Of a stretch of 64,000 nt of DNA, positions 20,716-30,200 are shown piece by piece; positions within the stretch are counted from its first letter, which is position 1; each line of letters begins with the position of its first letter. Source of the DNA: Cenarchaeum sp. GTDB taxonomy: Archaea; Thermoproteota; Nitrososphaeria; Nitrososphaerales; Nitrosopumilaceae. Under the pieces are notes generated by a model, which ran no database searches, had not been told where the DNA came from, and was given only the letters and a program-made list of their open reading frames with translations. The stretch lies in contig CBDESU010000002.1 in NCBI GenBank assembly GCA_965242695.1, forward strand, positions 256,001 through 320,000. Direction: 5' to 3'. Made by a program: the position numbers and the translations under genes.

Positions 20716-21302
20716 TGCCCTCAGGGCCTCGATCTCGGCGGCGGCAGGGTGATCGGCCCGCTTCCCATGATCGGGCTTTTCGACCAAGATCGCTTCGCAC
20801 GCTGTCTTGCGCATGCCGCCTATGCCCCCATACGGTACTTCATCCCCGTTGTGAAGAAAAATCGACCAAAGGGCCAACCAGATCTACACTTGGCACGTCA
20901 TTTGACGCCTGTAGACCGCCCCGATCACCTGATCACTTACCAAAAAAGTGGCCGTCGTTTGAGCGGGAACATGCGATTGCCAGGCAGATCGAGGACAAGG
21001 GCGGCTACATACTGCCGGTTACGATGGACGGCACCAGGGTGCCCGGCCTGCCCACGACAGTATTCTACGAGGATGCCCGCAAAAGGTCCCCGCAGGAGAT
21101 TGCAGAGGCGTTCGTGCGCCGCCTCCGCCCTGGCCCCGATGCCGACTAGTGCGGCGCGGTCGGGCGGCATGCAGGATCAGCCCGCAAGTCGACCCGGATC
21201 AAGCCCGGCGGGCCACTACCCGGCCGTCGGGGCACGTCTCACGCGGGGCGCCGGCGCAAGCCGGGCGCGCAACCCGCCCGAATGCCGCATCCCGCAGCCC
21301 CC

Positions 21303-24300
21303 TCACCCGCCGGTAAGCACGCGCACCGAGCTCTGCGTCGAGGGATCGCCGCGCACCCCGACGCGCACCTCGTACTCCGAGTAGGGATCGAGGCCATCGA
21401 TCCTGTGGCTCGTCCCGCTTGCTGCGTGCACCTCCCAGCCGTCGTCCCCGTCGGATCCCGAGACGGGCACAACGGCCACATCGTACGCACGGGCGCCGCC
21501 GAGCCCGTCCCACCCCAGCGAGACCGACGTGCCGTCTATGATCTTTTCGGTGATCGCAACCCTCGTCCCGTTCGAGAACATCATCGCAAACATCTCGTCG
21601 ACCGTCAGCGAGTTGCGCGGCGGCGCGGGCGCGGAGCCTGCCGAGCCCGATACCGCGCCCGACGATGGCGGCGCCGACTCGGCCGGCCTTGCAACGGAGA
21701 TGTCGACGTTGTCCAGGTAGAATTGCTTGTGGTGCTGCATCCTCCAGCCGTCGTGCGTGAATACGAACACCTCGCACGGGCACGCCAACGCCGAAGCCCC
21801 CTCGGCGTACACGGTCGCGCTCCTCCACCCGCTGTCCTCCTGGCCCGGTATCCTTTCGTTGGCGTAGATCAGCTCGCTGGCAAGGGCGCGCCCCTCCGAG
21901 TCGCTCACAGCCACGTACAGGTTGTTCGATCCCCCGCCGGTCCTGTATATGGTGGCCAGCGTGCGGTAGTCGAGGTCGATGCGCATGTCGCCGCCGCCGT
22001 GCCCCGCCGGAACGTCCACGCTCTTGGCCGCCCCCGCGTTGCCGAACCAGCACTTCGAGTTGACGTAGTCTAGGTGCGCCGAGCCTCCGCGCTCGGCCGA
22101 GCGCGACAGCCCGTACTGGACGCTGCCGGCCCAGCCCTGGCCGCAGTGCGCGGCCATGTTGCGGGTGTCGACGACGTGCTTGTACGCCCACCCGTCGAGC
22201 GACGACGAGAACGCGCTCGTCGGAACGGCGTGCACCGATGCGTTGCGGACGGTCAGCGCAAACGTCCTGTTCGCCGACGCGCCGTGCGAATCGGTCGCCG
22301 CGACCGTGACCGAGTACAGGCCCGACTGCGACTCGCCGGGCACCCACTCGAGTGCCCCGTCCCCGGACACGGCAAGGCCGGGCGCGGACGGGACGGCCGA
22401 GGCTTCCACCGACAGGCGGTCGCCGTTGGGGTCGGACGCCCGAGCATCGTGCCGCAGCCTGTTCGTCTCCGTCACCGCCATGTCGGGGATCGGCCGAATG
22501 CGCGGCGGCAGGTTCGGCGCCGCCGCCTCGATGCCGACGACCTGCAGGCCGTCGTCGTAGAGCGACGTGACCAGGGCGTACAGCGCGGGCCCAATCACCG
22601 CCGTCGCCACGCCGTTGGGCGTGTACAGCTCGTCGAACCCGCCGGCGCCGTCGGCCAGGGCCGCCACCGGGGCCGGCGAGGCCGGGTCCGTAATGTTGAC
22701 TATCTGAACTCCTCCGTCCGGGTGCACCGCCGCATACCAGCGCGAGCTGGTCGCAAAGTCCGGCGCCGCCACGACGGCGTACGTGTTCGAGCCGATGCCC
22801 GCTATCGCCACGTCGCTTGCGCCGTTGAGCTTTGCAAAGCCGGCCGCGCCGTCGGTCGCAGACGAGACGGGAACCGGCAGGGCGGGGTTTGTAATGTTGA
22901 TCACCTGGATGCCGCTGTCCCGCGTCGATGCGACGACGGCGTACGTAGAGCGGCCGATCTCGGCGACTGCCACCCCCGAGGCTCCTGCCAGCTCGTCAAA
23001 GCCGGCCGCGCCGTCGGTCGCAGACGAGACGGCCGCCGGGCGGGCGGGATCCGTAATGTTGATTATCTGCACCCCGTCGTCCGACGACGAGGCGACGACG
23101 GCGTACGTATTCCCGCCGATGCCGGCGACTGCCACCCCCGAGGCTCCTGCCAGCTCGTCAAAGCCGGCCGCGCCGTCGGTCGCAGACGAGACGAGGGACG
23201 GCCGTTCGGGGTCGGTGACGTTTGCGATGTAGACGCCCCCGGTCCACGGCATCGCGGCTATCACGTACGCCGACCCGGCGCCCTCGAACGCGGCGATTCC
23301 TCCGTCCTGGCCGGGGCCCGACGTGTAGCCGCTCCCCCCCACCGCCAGCGACGAGGCAGGGGACGGGAGGGCGGGGTTTGTAATGTTGATCACCTGGATG
23401 CCCCTGTCGCGGGGAGAGACGGCTACTGCGAACGTGCCCGTGCCGTTCCCGGCGGCCGGCACGACCGCGACGTCCATCGCCCCGGCGAGCCTGTCAAAGC
23501 CGCCCCGCCCGTCGCTGATCCACGAGACGTGCTCGGGGCGGTACGGGTCGGTGACGTTGACGATCTGGACGCCGTCGTAGTTCCACCACTCGGGGCGCGA
23601 AAACGCCACCACGGCGTACGTCGAGCCGTCCACCTCTGCCGTGTCGATCCCGCGCGGGCTGGCCATCATCCCGCCCTGCACGCGAGCCGAAAGCGACGAC
23701 ACCGGCACGGGGCTCGACGGGCCGTGCAGTATGGAAGGGAGCGCAACGGCAATGTTGAACGATGCAACCCGCCTGTTGCCGCTCTCGTCGACCGCCTCGC
23801 ACGACACGGCGGTCGCGCCGTACCCGAGATCGGTGCCCGGCGGGGGCGTGCACTCTACGGGAACGCCCCGCCCCAGGTCGGTCGCCGTAGGCGGGGCGTA
23901 GTCCGCGACTGCCGGCGCGCCGCCCCGCAGCCGGTGCAGCGCAATGTCGCCGGGGACTCCCCCGATCGCCGGCGGGATCGTATCGGACACTGCAATCCGC
24001 TGCGATGCGCCCGCGCTGTTGCCCGACGAGTCGGCCGCGCTGTACAGCACGACTGTGGTCCCTATACGATACAGGCCGCTTGACGACCTGTTGTGCGCAA
24101 GGGACGGGGACGGATCGTAGTTGTCGGCGACCAGAACCGGCTCCAGTACGACGGGGGTGCCTTCATAGTGCGCCGCCTCTGCGGCCCTGTCTGCAGTCCC
24201 GTTGGCGATCACGGGCGGCATGACGTCGTCGACGCGTATTCTGACCGGCGCGGAGTCGGACAGGCCGTGAGCCGTCGCAGTCAGCACGGCCGTAAAGTTT

Positions 24301-26498
24301 CCGGCTCCGGCCTGCGCGGCCCGCGCCTTGACTATCCCCCTGCCGTCCCCGACGTCGTCTAGTGTGACCCACACCGACTCGGCCCTGCCGGCGCCGTCTG
24401 GCAGGAGCCCGGCCGAGCCGTTCGGGGTGATCGTACTCCCCCGCACGTCGTCCACGGGCGAGAACGCAAGCGAGAGCGAGACGGCATCGCCGTCGGGATC
24501 CGAGGCGCCGACAATGGCGGCCCCTGCGCGGCCCTCGCCGATGCGCATGCCCTGCACGGCCCCCACAACGGGGGGCGAGTCGGAGCGGAACACTATATCG
24601 TCGACAACGGCTGAATGGTTCTGCGACGGGGAGTGGGCGACGAGCCTCAGGTAGGCGCTGTCCCCTTCCACCCGCACGGCATCGACAGCGGCCTCGCGCC
24701 ATCCCGCAACCGAGCCGTTGTACGAGGCGGCCGTGGCCCAGGACGAGCCGTCGGCCGAGTGCTGCACGTCCAGAACCGACAGCGGGCCGCCGGCAAGCGA
24801 AAAGTTGAACGTGGTGCGGACGTATGCGGACGCGTTCACGGCCGCAATGGCCGTGGCCTCGCAGCCCCTGTCCGCGCCGCACCCGGACGAGGCGAGTGCT
24901 GCCGAGTCGTCGTGCCCTGCCGCCGGCGCTGCGCGCCAGTTGCCGCCGCCGGACATTATCCAAGAGCCGGCCCCGCCTTCAAACCCGTCGGCGAACCTGG
25001 CCGCACTCCCGTTCGCCGCCTCTGCAAGCAGCAGCGACCGCACCGTCTCTAGGCCGTTGAGGACCATGATGCTCTCGAGCCGCGGATGCCCGCCGGCCCT
25101 CCAGTCCGCGGCAAAGCCGCCGAACGACGCTGCCGTATACGCCTCGCCCGGCCCCCTTGCGCCGTGCAGCGTACTCCATATTCCCGCCGTCGCGTTGCCC
25201 ACCGTGTCGCCGGCCTCGCCTCCGGCCCCGTCGTGGATGTCCCACAGTGCAGCTGCGACCTGGCCGGCCGAGCCGCCTGCAAAGCTCGACCCTGCAGACG
25301 AGCCGCGCAGCCGCCACTTTGCCGGCTCTAGGTCAAGGGGGTACCGCTGGTCGTGGTATCTGGCCAGCGAGTCGCCCAGCGCGAGCGACGGGAAAAAGTA
25401 GGCCCAGCCGTCCGCCCAGGCGCATGCGTCCGACGCGGCCCGTATGATCCCCGCCGTGCACTGGCCGCCTCCCGGGTAGGCCGAGCCGGCCGCCGCGTAC
25501 GCCGTGCGCATCACGTGGTGGCCGTACTCGTGCAGTATGGACGCCGGGTACGCCTCGGCCCCGTGGCTCGCCCCGCGCTTCACATTCGACGCCACTGTCA
25601 TGTTCATGCCGGATGGGTCGTATGAGCTCGGCGCGGCCGAGCGGGGGTCGTTTAGCCACCTCACATGGACATGCGGCGTGTCGCGGCCGGTCGCGTTGCG
25701 TACCGTCTCCCAGCCGAGCGAGACCGAGTCGAGTATCCAGAGCGCCTTGCGAATGTCCTTCGTTGCGCCCATGTCCGCGTTGCCGAGCCGCGTAATGTAG
25801 CCGTCCAGGTCGTCGGTGGCGTTGACCTGCATATGGTACGCCCTGCCCGCCCCGTCGATGACCGTCCCGCGCGGGTTGACGGCCGAGACGTTCAGCCACA
25901 GGCGGACGGGATCGCCGTAGTCGTTGTCAATGAAGATGTGGCCGCCAAAGTACCCGTCGCTTCCCGTAACCTGGCAGGCCGGCTCGTCGGTGATCGCATG
26001 CCTGAGGGTCTCGAGCTCGCCCTGCTGCGCGCGGTCGGCCAGGCAGACGGTCGCGCCGGGCTGGGCGCGGATCGATCCGTCGGGCTGGGCGGCGCGCAGC
26101 CAGCCGTACGCGAACGTCTCGCCGTCGTATATGTCGGCGGGATCTGGAAGGCTGGGCGAGGAGCTGCCCGAGACGGCAGGAGGCGGGCCGCCGGGCTGGG
26201 GCTGCGCCGATCCAGTGCGCGCCGCCAGCGAGGGATGCTCGGCGAGCAGCAGGTCGCGGTACCCCTGCGGCAAGAACCCGGCGTTGTCGGCCAGCCACTG
26301 CGATGCGTCCGCCGAGGGCGGGATCACCCTCTCAAGGTACGGCGCCAGCTGGTCCATGGGCGGAACGCGGGCGTCGGCATGCGGCCTCTCGCCGCCTTCC
26401 TCCTGCGCATGCGAGGCGGCAAGGGGCGCCGGGGCGCCAAGGGCGAGGGCGAGCAGTGCGACAATGACCGGGACGGCATGCAGGGCGCTGGCGTGCAA
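21303..26498 (-). CDS. Large secreted metalloprotease-like LVIVD/HYR/FN3 surface protein, paralog 2
   Basis: Collinear with and highly similar to paralog 1 (ILHEYGHHVM). TTG start at 26498 inferred from homology and the TTAATAC box 23 nt upstream; the ORF-track extension to 27008 is probably spurious. Confidence 0.85.
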   Translation of the reverse strand: MHASALHAVPVIVALLALALGAPAPLAASHAQEEGGERPHADARVPPMDQLAPYLERVIPPSADASQWLADNAGFLPQGYRDLLLAEHPSLAARTGSAQPQPGGPPPAVSGSSSPSLPDPADIYDGETFAYGWLRAAQPDGSIRAQPGATVCLADRAQQGELETLRHAITDEPACQVTGSDGYFGGHIFIDNDYGDPVRLWLNVSAVNPRGTVIDGAGRAYHMQVNATDDLDGYITRLGNADMGATKDIRKALWILDSVSLGWETVRNATGRDTPHVHVRWLNDPRSAAPSSYDPSGMNMTVASNVKRGASHGAEAYPASILHEYGHHVMRTAYAAAGSAYPGGGQCTAGIIRAASDACAWADGWAYFFPSLALGDSLARYHDQRYPLDLEPAKWRLRGSSAGSSFAGGSAGQVAAALWDIHDGAGGEAGDTVGNATAGIWSTLHGARGPGEAYTAASFGGFAADWRAGGHPRLESIMVLNGLETVRSLLLAEAANGSAARFADGFEGGAGSWIMSGGGNWRAAPAAGHDDSAALASSGCGADRGCEATAIAAVNASAYVRTTFNFSLAGGPLSVLDVQHSADGSSWATAASYNGSVAGWREAAVDAVRVEGDSAYLRLVAHSPSQNHSAVVDDIVFRSDSPPVVGAVQGMRIGEGRAGAAIVGASDPDGDAVSLSLAFSPVDDVRGSTITPNGSAGLLPDGAGRAESVWVTLDDVGDGRGIVKARAAQAGAGNFTAVLTATAHGLSDSAPVRIRVDDVMPPVIANGTADRAAEAAHYEGTPVVLEPVLVADNYDPSPSLAHNRSSSGLYRIGTTVVLYSAADSSGNSAGASQRIAVSDTIPPAIGGVPGDIALHRLRGGAPAVADYAPPTATDLGRGVPVECTPPPGTDLGYGATAVSCEAVDESGNRRVASFNIAVALPSILHGPSSPVPVSSLSARVQGGMMASPRGIDTAEVDGSTYAVVAFSRPEWWNYDGVQIVNVTDPYRPEHVSWISDGRGGFDRLAGAMDVAVVPAAGNGTGTFAVAVSPRDRGIQVINITNPALPSPASSLAVGGSGYTSGPGQDGGIAAFEGAGSAYVIAAMPWTGGVYIANVTDPERPSLVSSATDGAAGFDELAGASGVAVAGIGGNTYAVVASSSDDGVQIINITDPARPAAVSSATDGAAGFDELAGASGVAVAEIGRSTYAVVASTRDSGIQVINITNPALPVPVSSATDGAAGFAKLNGASDVAIAGIGSNTYAVVAAPDFATSSRWYAAVHPDGGVQIVNITDPASPAPVAALADGAGGFDELYTPNGVATAVIGPALYALVTSLYDDGLQVVGIEAAAPNLPPRIRPIPDMAVTETNRLRHDARASDPNGDRLSVEASAVPSAPGLAVSGDGALEWVPGESQSGLYSVTVAATDSHGASANRTFALTVRNASVHAVPTSAFSSSLDGWAYKHVVDTRNMAAHCGQGWAGSVQYGLSRSAERGGSAHLDYVNSKCWFGNAGAAKSVDVPAGHGGGDMRIDLDYRTLATIYRTGGGSNNLYVAVSDSEGRALASELIYANERIPGQEDSGWRSATVYAEGASALACPCEVFVFTHDGWRMQHHKQFYLDNVDISVARPAESAPPSSGAVSGSAGSAPAPPRNSLTVDEMFAMMFSNGTRVAITEKIIDGTSVSLGWDGLGGARAYDVAVVPVSGSDGDDGWEVHAASGTSHRIDGLDPYSEYEVRVGVRGDPSTQSSVRVLTGG

Positions 26499-26953
26499 CG
26501 GACGCTCCGCCGTGCGGCCTGTATTAAGAGATCCGGGAGGGCAGCTCGCCGGCGCGATCGGCCGGCACTGGCTTGCGCGCCTCGCGTACAACGCGGCGCG
26601 TGCGCGCAGCGTGCGGCCGTGTGCGCAGGGGTGTGCGTACGCGGCAAGGAATCCCGGATCGGAGCCGGTCGCAGGTGCCGCGGCAGGCCGATCAACGCGT
26701 GCGCAAACATCATGCGCCTCGGGTTTGGCCGCCCGGGGAGGAGGGCCAGGCGGCGGCGGATTGCCGCGTCTGGCGGCCGTGGGAAGAGGAGAGCAATCAG
26801 CAGGGCGGCCAACGGAGCCTACCGGGCGGCGGCACAGCCGGCGCCGATGCCGCGCGGCAAGAACGCCGATGCGATCGGGCGCGATCATCCCTGCCATCTG
26901 AACTCCCCCCTCGGTGACCCTCCACATAGGGCTACTTTTTGTACAACAGACGA

Positions 26954-27230
26954 TGCCGCGGCAAGGCGCAAGCGTGCAACAAGAGAGCGAAGAGCTGCCT
27001 GCACGCATACGCTCGGACGCGGCTGATGCGGATCCCCCTCGCCGTCATATTGTACAGGCGGACGGAGGCATGGGTTGTGAGGCGACATAGCCTGCGCATT
27101 CGGGGAGGATGTCGAGGGCGGCGGCGTGCCGTGCAGCTCTTGTCAGCCTCTCCAAGCCGTGTAGCGCCCTCCCCTCCGCTCTGTGCGCGCCGTATTACCT
27201 CCACAGGCCGCCAATCCACGGATTCCAAGC
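26954..27230. repeat. Dispersed non-coding element, copy B, between divergent paralogs 2 and 3
   Basis: Homologous to 1783-2036 and 7678-7707; ends 10 nt before the TTTTTAT box of paralog 3. Confidence 0.8.
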
Positions 27231-27270
27231 CAGCACGTCGTTTTTATGGCAGGGCCCTTGGCGCGGGTTC

Positions 27271-30200
27271 GTGCCAGCCGCGACACGGGCCGCCGTTGCG
27301 ATTGCTGCGGTCGCCGTCGCCGCGGCGGCATACGCGGCGCCCGCAGAGGCCGCCGCCGGCGCGCAGGACGGCCTGGACGCCGCCGAGGTGCTTCCCCCAA
27401 CGGACCCGCTGGCGCGGTACCTAGAGAGGGTCATCCCCGACGAGGCAAGCGCCCGGCAGTGGCTGGCCGACCACGCGCCACACCTTCCTGCCGAGTACCG
27501 CGACAGGCTGCTGGCGGAAAATCCGTCCCTGGCCTCGCGGACGGGGACGGCGCCGCCGGCCGCCTCTGGCCAGAGCTCGATACAGTACCCCGACATTACG
27601 GAGGTCTACGACGGCGAGACGTTCGCGTACGGAGCCCTGCGCAGCGCATCGCCCGACGGCGCGCTGCGCGACCAGCCCGGCATCACGGTATGCCTTGTCG
27701 ACCGGCTGGCATCCGGCTCGTTCGCCCCGCTGCACGACGTCGTCACGTTCGAGCCGGCCTGCCAGGTCACGGACATGGACGGGGCGTTCTGGGGGCACAT
27801 ATTCATCTACGGCGACCACGGCGATCCGGTCGACCTGTGGCTGAACGTGTCCGCCGCCGCCCCCGCCGGCAGGGTCGTAGACGGTACGGGCAGGACGTAC
27901 GCCGCATACGTCGACGCATCCGACGGCCTGGACGGCTACCTCACGGGGCTCGGCGCCACAACCATGGACGGGGACGACGGCATGCGCAGGACGTTTTGGA
28001 TACTCGACTCGGTCGCCCTCGGGCGCGAGGCCGCGCACAACGCGACAGGCCGCGCGATGCCGCCCCTGGACATAGTATGGCTCAACGACACGAGGTCGCG
28101 CGTGCCGAGCTCGTACGACGGCACGGGCATGAACATGACCGTCTCGTCGTCCGTAAAGCGCGGCGCAAGCCACGGGGCCGAGGCCTACCCGGCGTCCATC
28201 CTGCACGAGTACGGGCACCATGTAATGCGCGACGCCCGCGGGGCGACCGGATCGGCGGTCCCCGGCAGCGCCGCCTGCTCGGATGCAATCATGAGGCAGA
28301 CCACTCCGGCCTGCGCCTGGTCCGAGGGCTGGGCCCACTTCTTCCCGGCGCTTGCCCTGGACGGCCGGCTCCTGCAGTACCAGGAGCAGCGCTATCCGAT
28401 CGACCTGGAGGCGGCAAAGTGGAGGGTGCGCGGGCAGTCGGGGGCCGGCTTTGCGGACGGCTCGGCCGGCCGGGTCGCCTCGGCCCTGTGGGACCTGCGC
28501 GATGCGGCCAACGAGGGCGGCGACACAGTGGACAACGCGACGGCCGCTGTATGGGCGTCCCTGTACGGAGCGGGAAACGGCAGCGCGGCGCGCACCCCCG
28601 CAGCGTTCTCCGACTTTGCGGCAGGCTGGAGCCGCGCTGCGCCAGGCCACCCGCCGCTCGGCAGCGTCATGGTCCTCAACGGGCTCGCCTCGATCCCGCA
28701 GCTGCTGGCCGCATCGGCCGGCACGGGGCGGTTCCACGACGGGTTCGAGTCGGGCACCGGCTCGTGGGCGATGTCGGGCGGCGGAAACTGGCGCGCGGCG
28801 CCGGCCGCGGGCCAGAACGGCTCGGCGGCCCTCGTGTCGTCCGGGTGCGCCCCGTCCGCCGGCGGCTGCGTGGCGACCGTACTCGAGGCGATAAACTCGA
28901 CCGGATACGCGCGCGCCTCGCTGCGCATGTCGCTCGCCGGCGGCCCGTCGTCGGCCGTGGCCCTGCAGCACTCTGCGGACGGCCTGTCCTGGGCCAACGC
29001 GTCCTCGCACAACGGCACGATATCCGGCTGGCGCGGCGCAGACGTCGATGCGATACGGCTGGGAGCCGAGGGGGATCCGGCCCGCTCGTACTTTAGGCTC
29101 GTCGCATTCTCCGGCGAGGCGAACCAGTCGGCCGCAGTCGACCACATCATGATCCGCGCCGACTCTGCCCCCACGGTCTCCGTCGCGCCGAGCGTCCGCA
29201 TCGGGCACGACCGCCTGCACAGGCTCGCCGTCGGCGCCTCCGACCCCGACGGGGATGCCGTGTCCCTCTCGCTGGAGATCGGCGCCGGCGCCGCTCCAAG
29301 CGGGGTGTCCGCTGTCCTGCGCGACCTTGGAAACGGCACCGGCATCGCAGAGGTGCGGGCATCCCCGTCGAGCGCGGGGAACTTTGCGGCTACCGTAACC
29401 GCGACCGCGCACGGCCTGTCGCGCTCGGCCCCGCTGGCCATAGCCGTCGACGACGTAGAGCCGCCGGCCATAGGCGGCGACACCGGCCACAGGACCGTCG
29501 AGGCGACCGCCCTGCCCGCCACGCCCGTCATACTGGGCCCCGTCAACGCCACCGACAACCACGATCCCCGCCCGTCCCTTGCGCACAGCCGCGCGCCGGG
29601 CGGCGCGTACCCGCTTGGAACGACGATCATACGGTACAATGCCACCGACGCGTCGGGCAACACCGCGGCGATACTCCAGAACGTGACCGTACTCGACACC
29701 ACGCGGCCGGCGTTTGGCGCCATCGGGCCGCTTGCCGTGCGGCTCGGGATCAGCGGGGCGCCGGCGCCCGTCGACTATGCCGTCCCCGCGGCGACCGACC
29801 TAGAGGGGCCGGTCCCCGTGCGCTGCGATCCGCCGCCGGGATCGCTGTTTTCGGCCGGCACGACGAGCGTGTCGTGCACCGCGTCCGACGGGAGGGGAAA
29901 CACCGCGACTGCCACGTTCGCCGTCACCGCGGCGCCGCCTCCCGCGCTGAACCACCCGTCGAGCCCCGTCCCGGTCTCGGCGTTCCGCATGGACAACCCC
30001 CGCGGGAGCGACACGGCCGAGTTCAACGGATCCACGTACGCCGCCGTGGCCTACTCTTATCCCGTATGGTGGTACGCCGACGGCGTCATGATCATCGACA
30101 TTACCGACCCGCACCGCCCCGCGTACGCCTCGTCCCCGCGAGACGGGCACGACGGGTTTGGCACGCTTGGCGGGGCAAGGGACGTGGCGCTTGCGATCGT

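Larger units (their letters stand above)
17855..20814 (-). pseudogene. IS66 transposase split by IS630, with a C7 frameshift (~20535) and an in-frame TAG (18500-18502)
   Basis: The fragments join as RPGGQKGHKG...CRRC...CKKCG...GLPDEGAY|GKNVVVET...NVDET*FSLNGKLVWVW...VCDGW...WAHILRE...PTNNIAERGLR. Confidence 0.85.
17829..20940 (-). mobile_element. IS66-family element (inactivated), containing a nested IS630
   Basis: Terminal inverted repeats GTAAGTGATCAGGTGATC (18 bp perfect, 26/29 extended) at 17829 and 20940. No 8-bp target duplication (gattattc vs caaaaaag). Confidence 0.9.
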
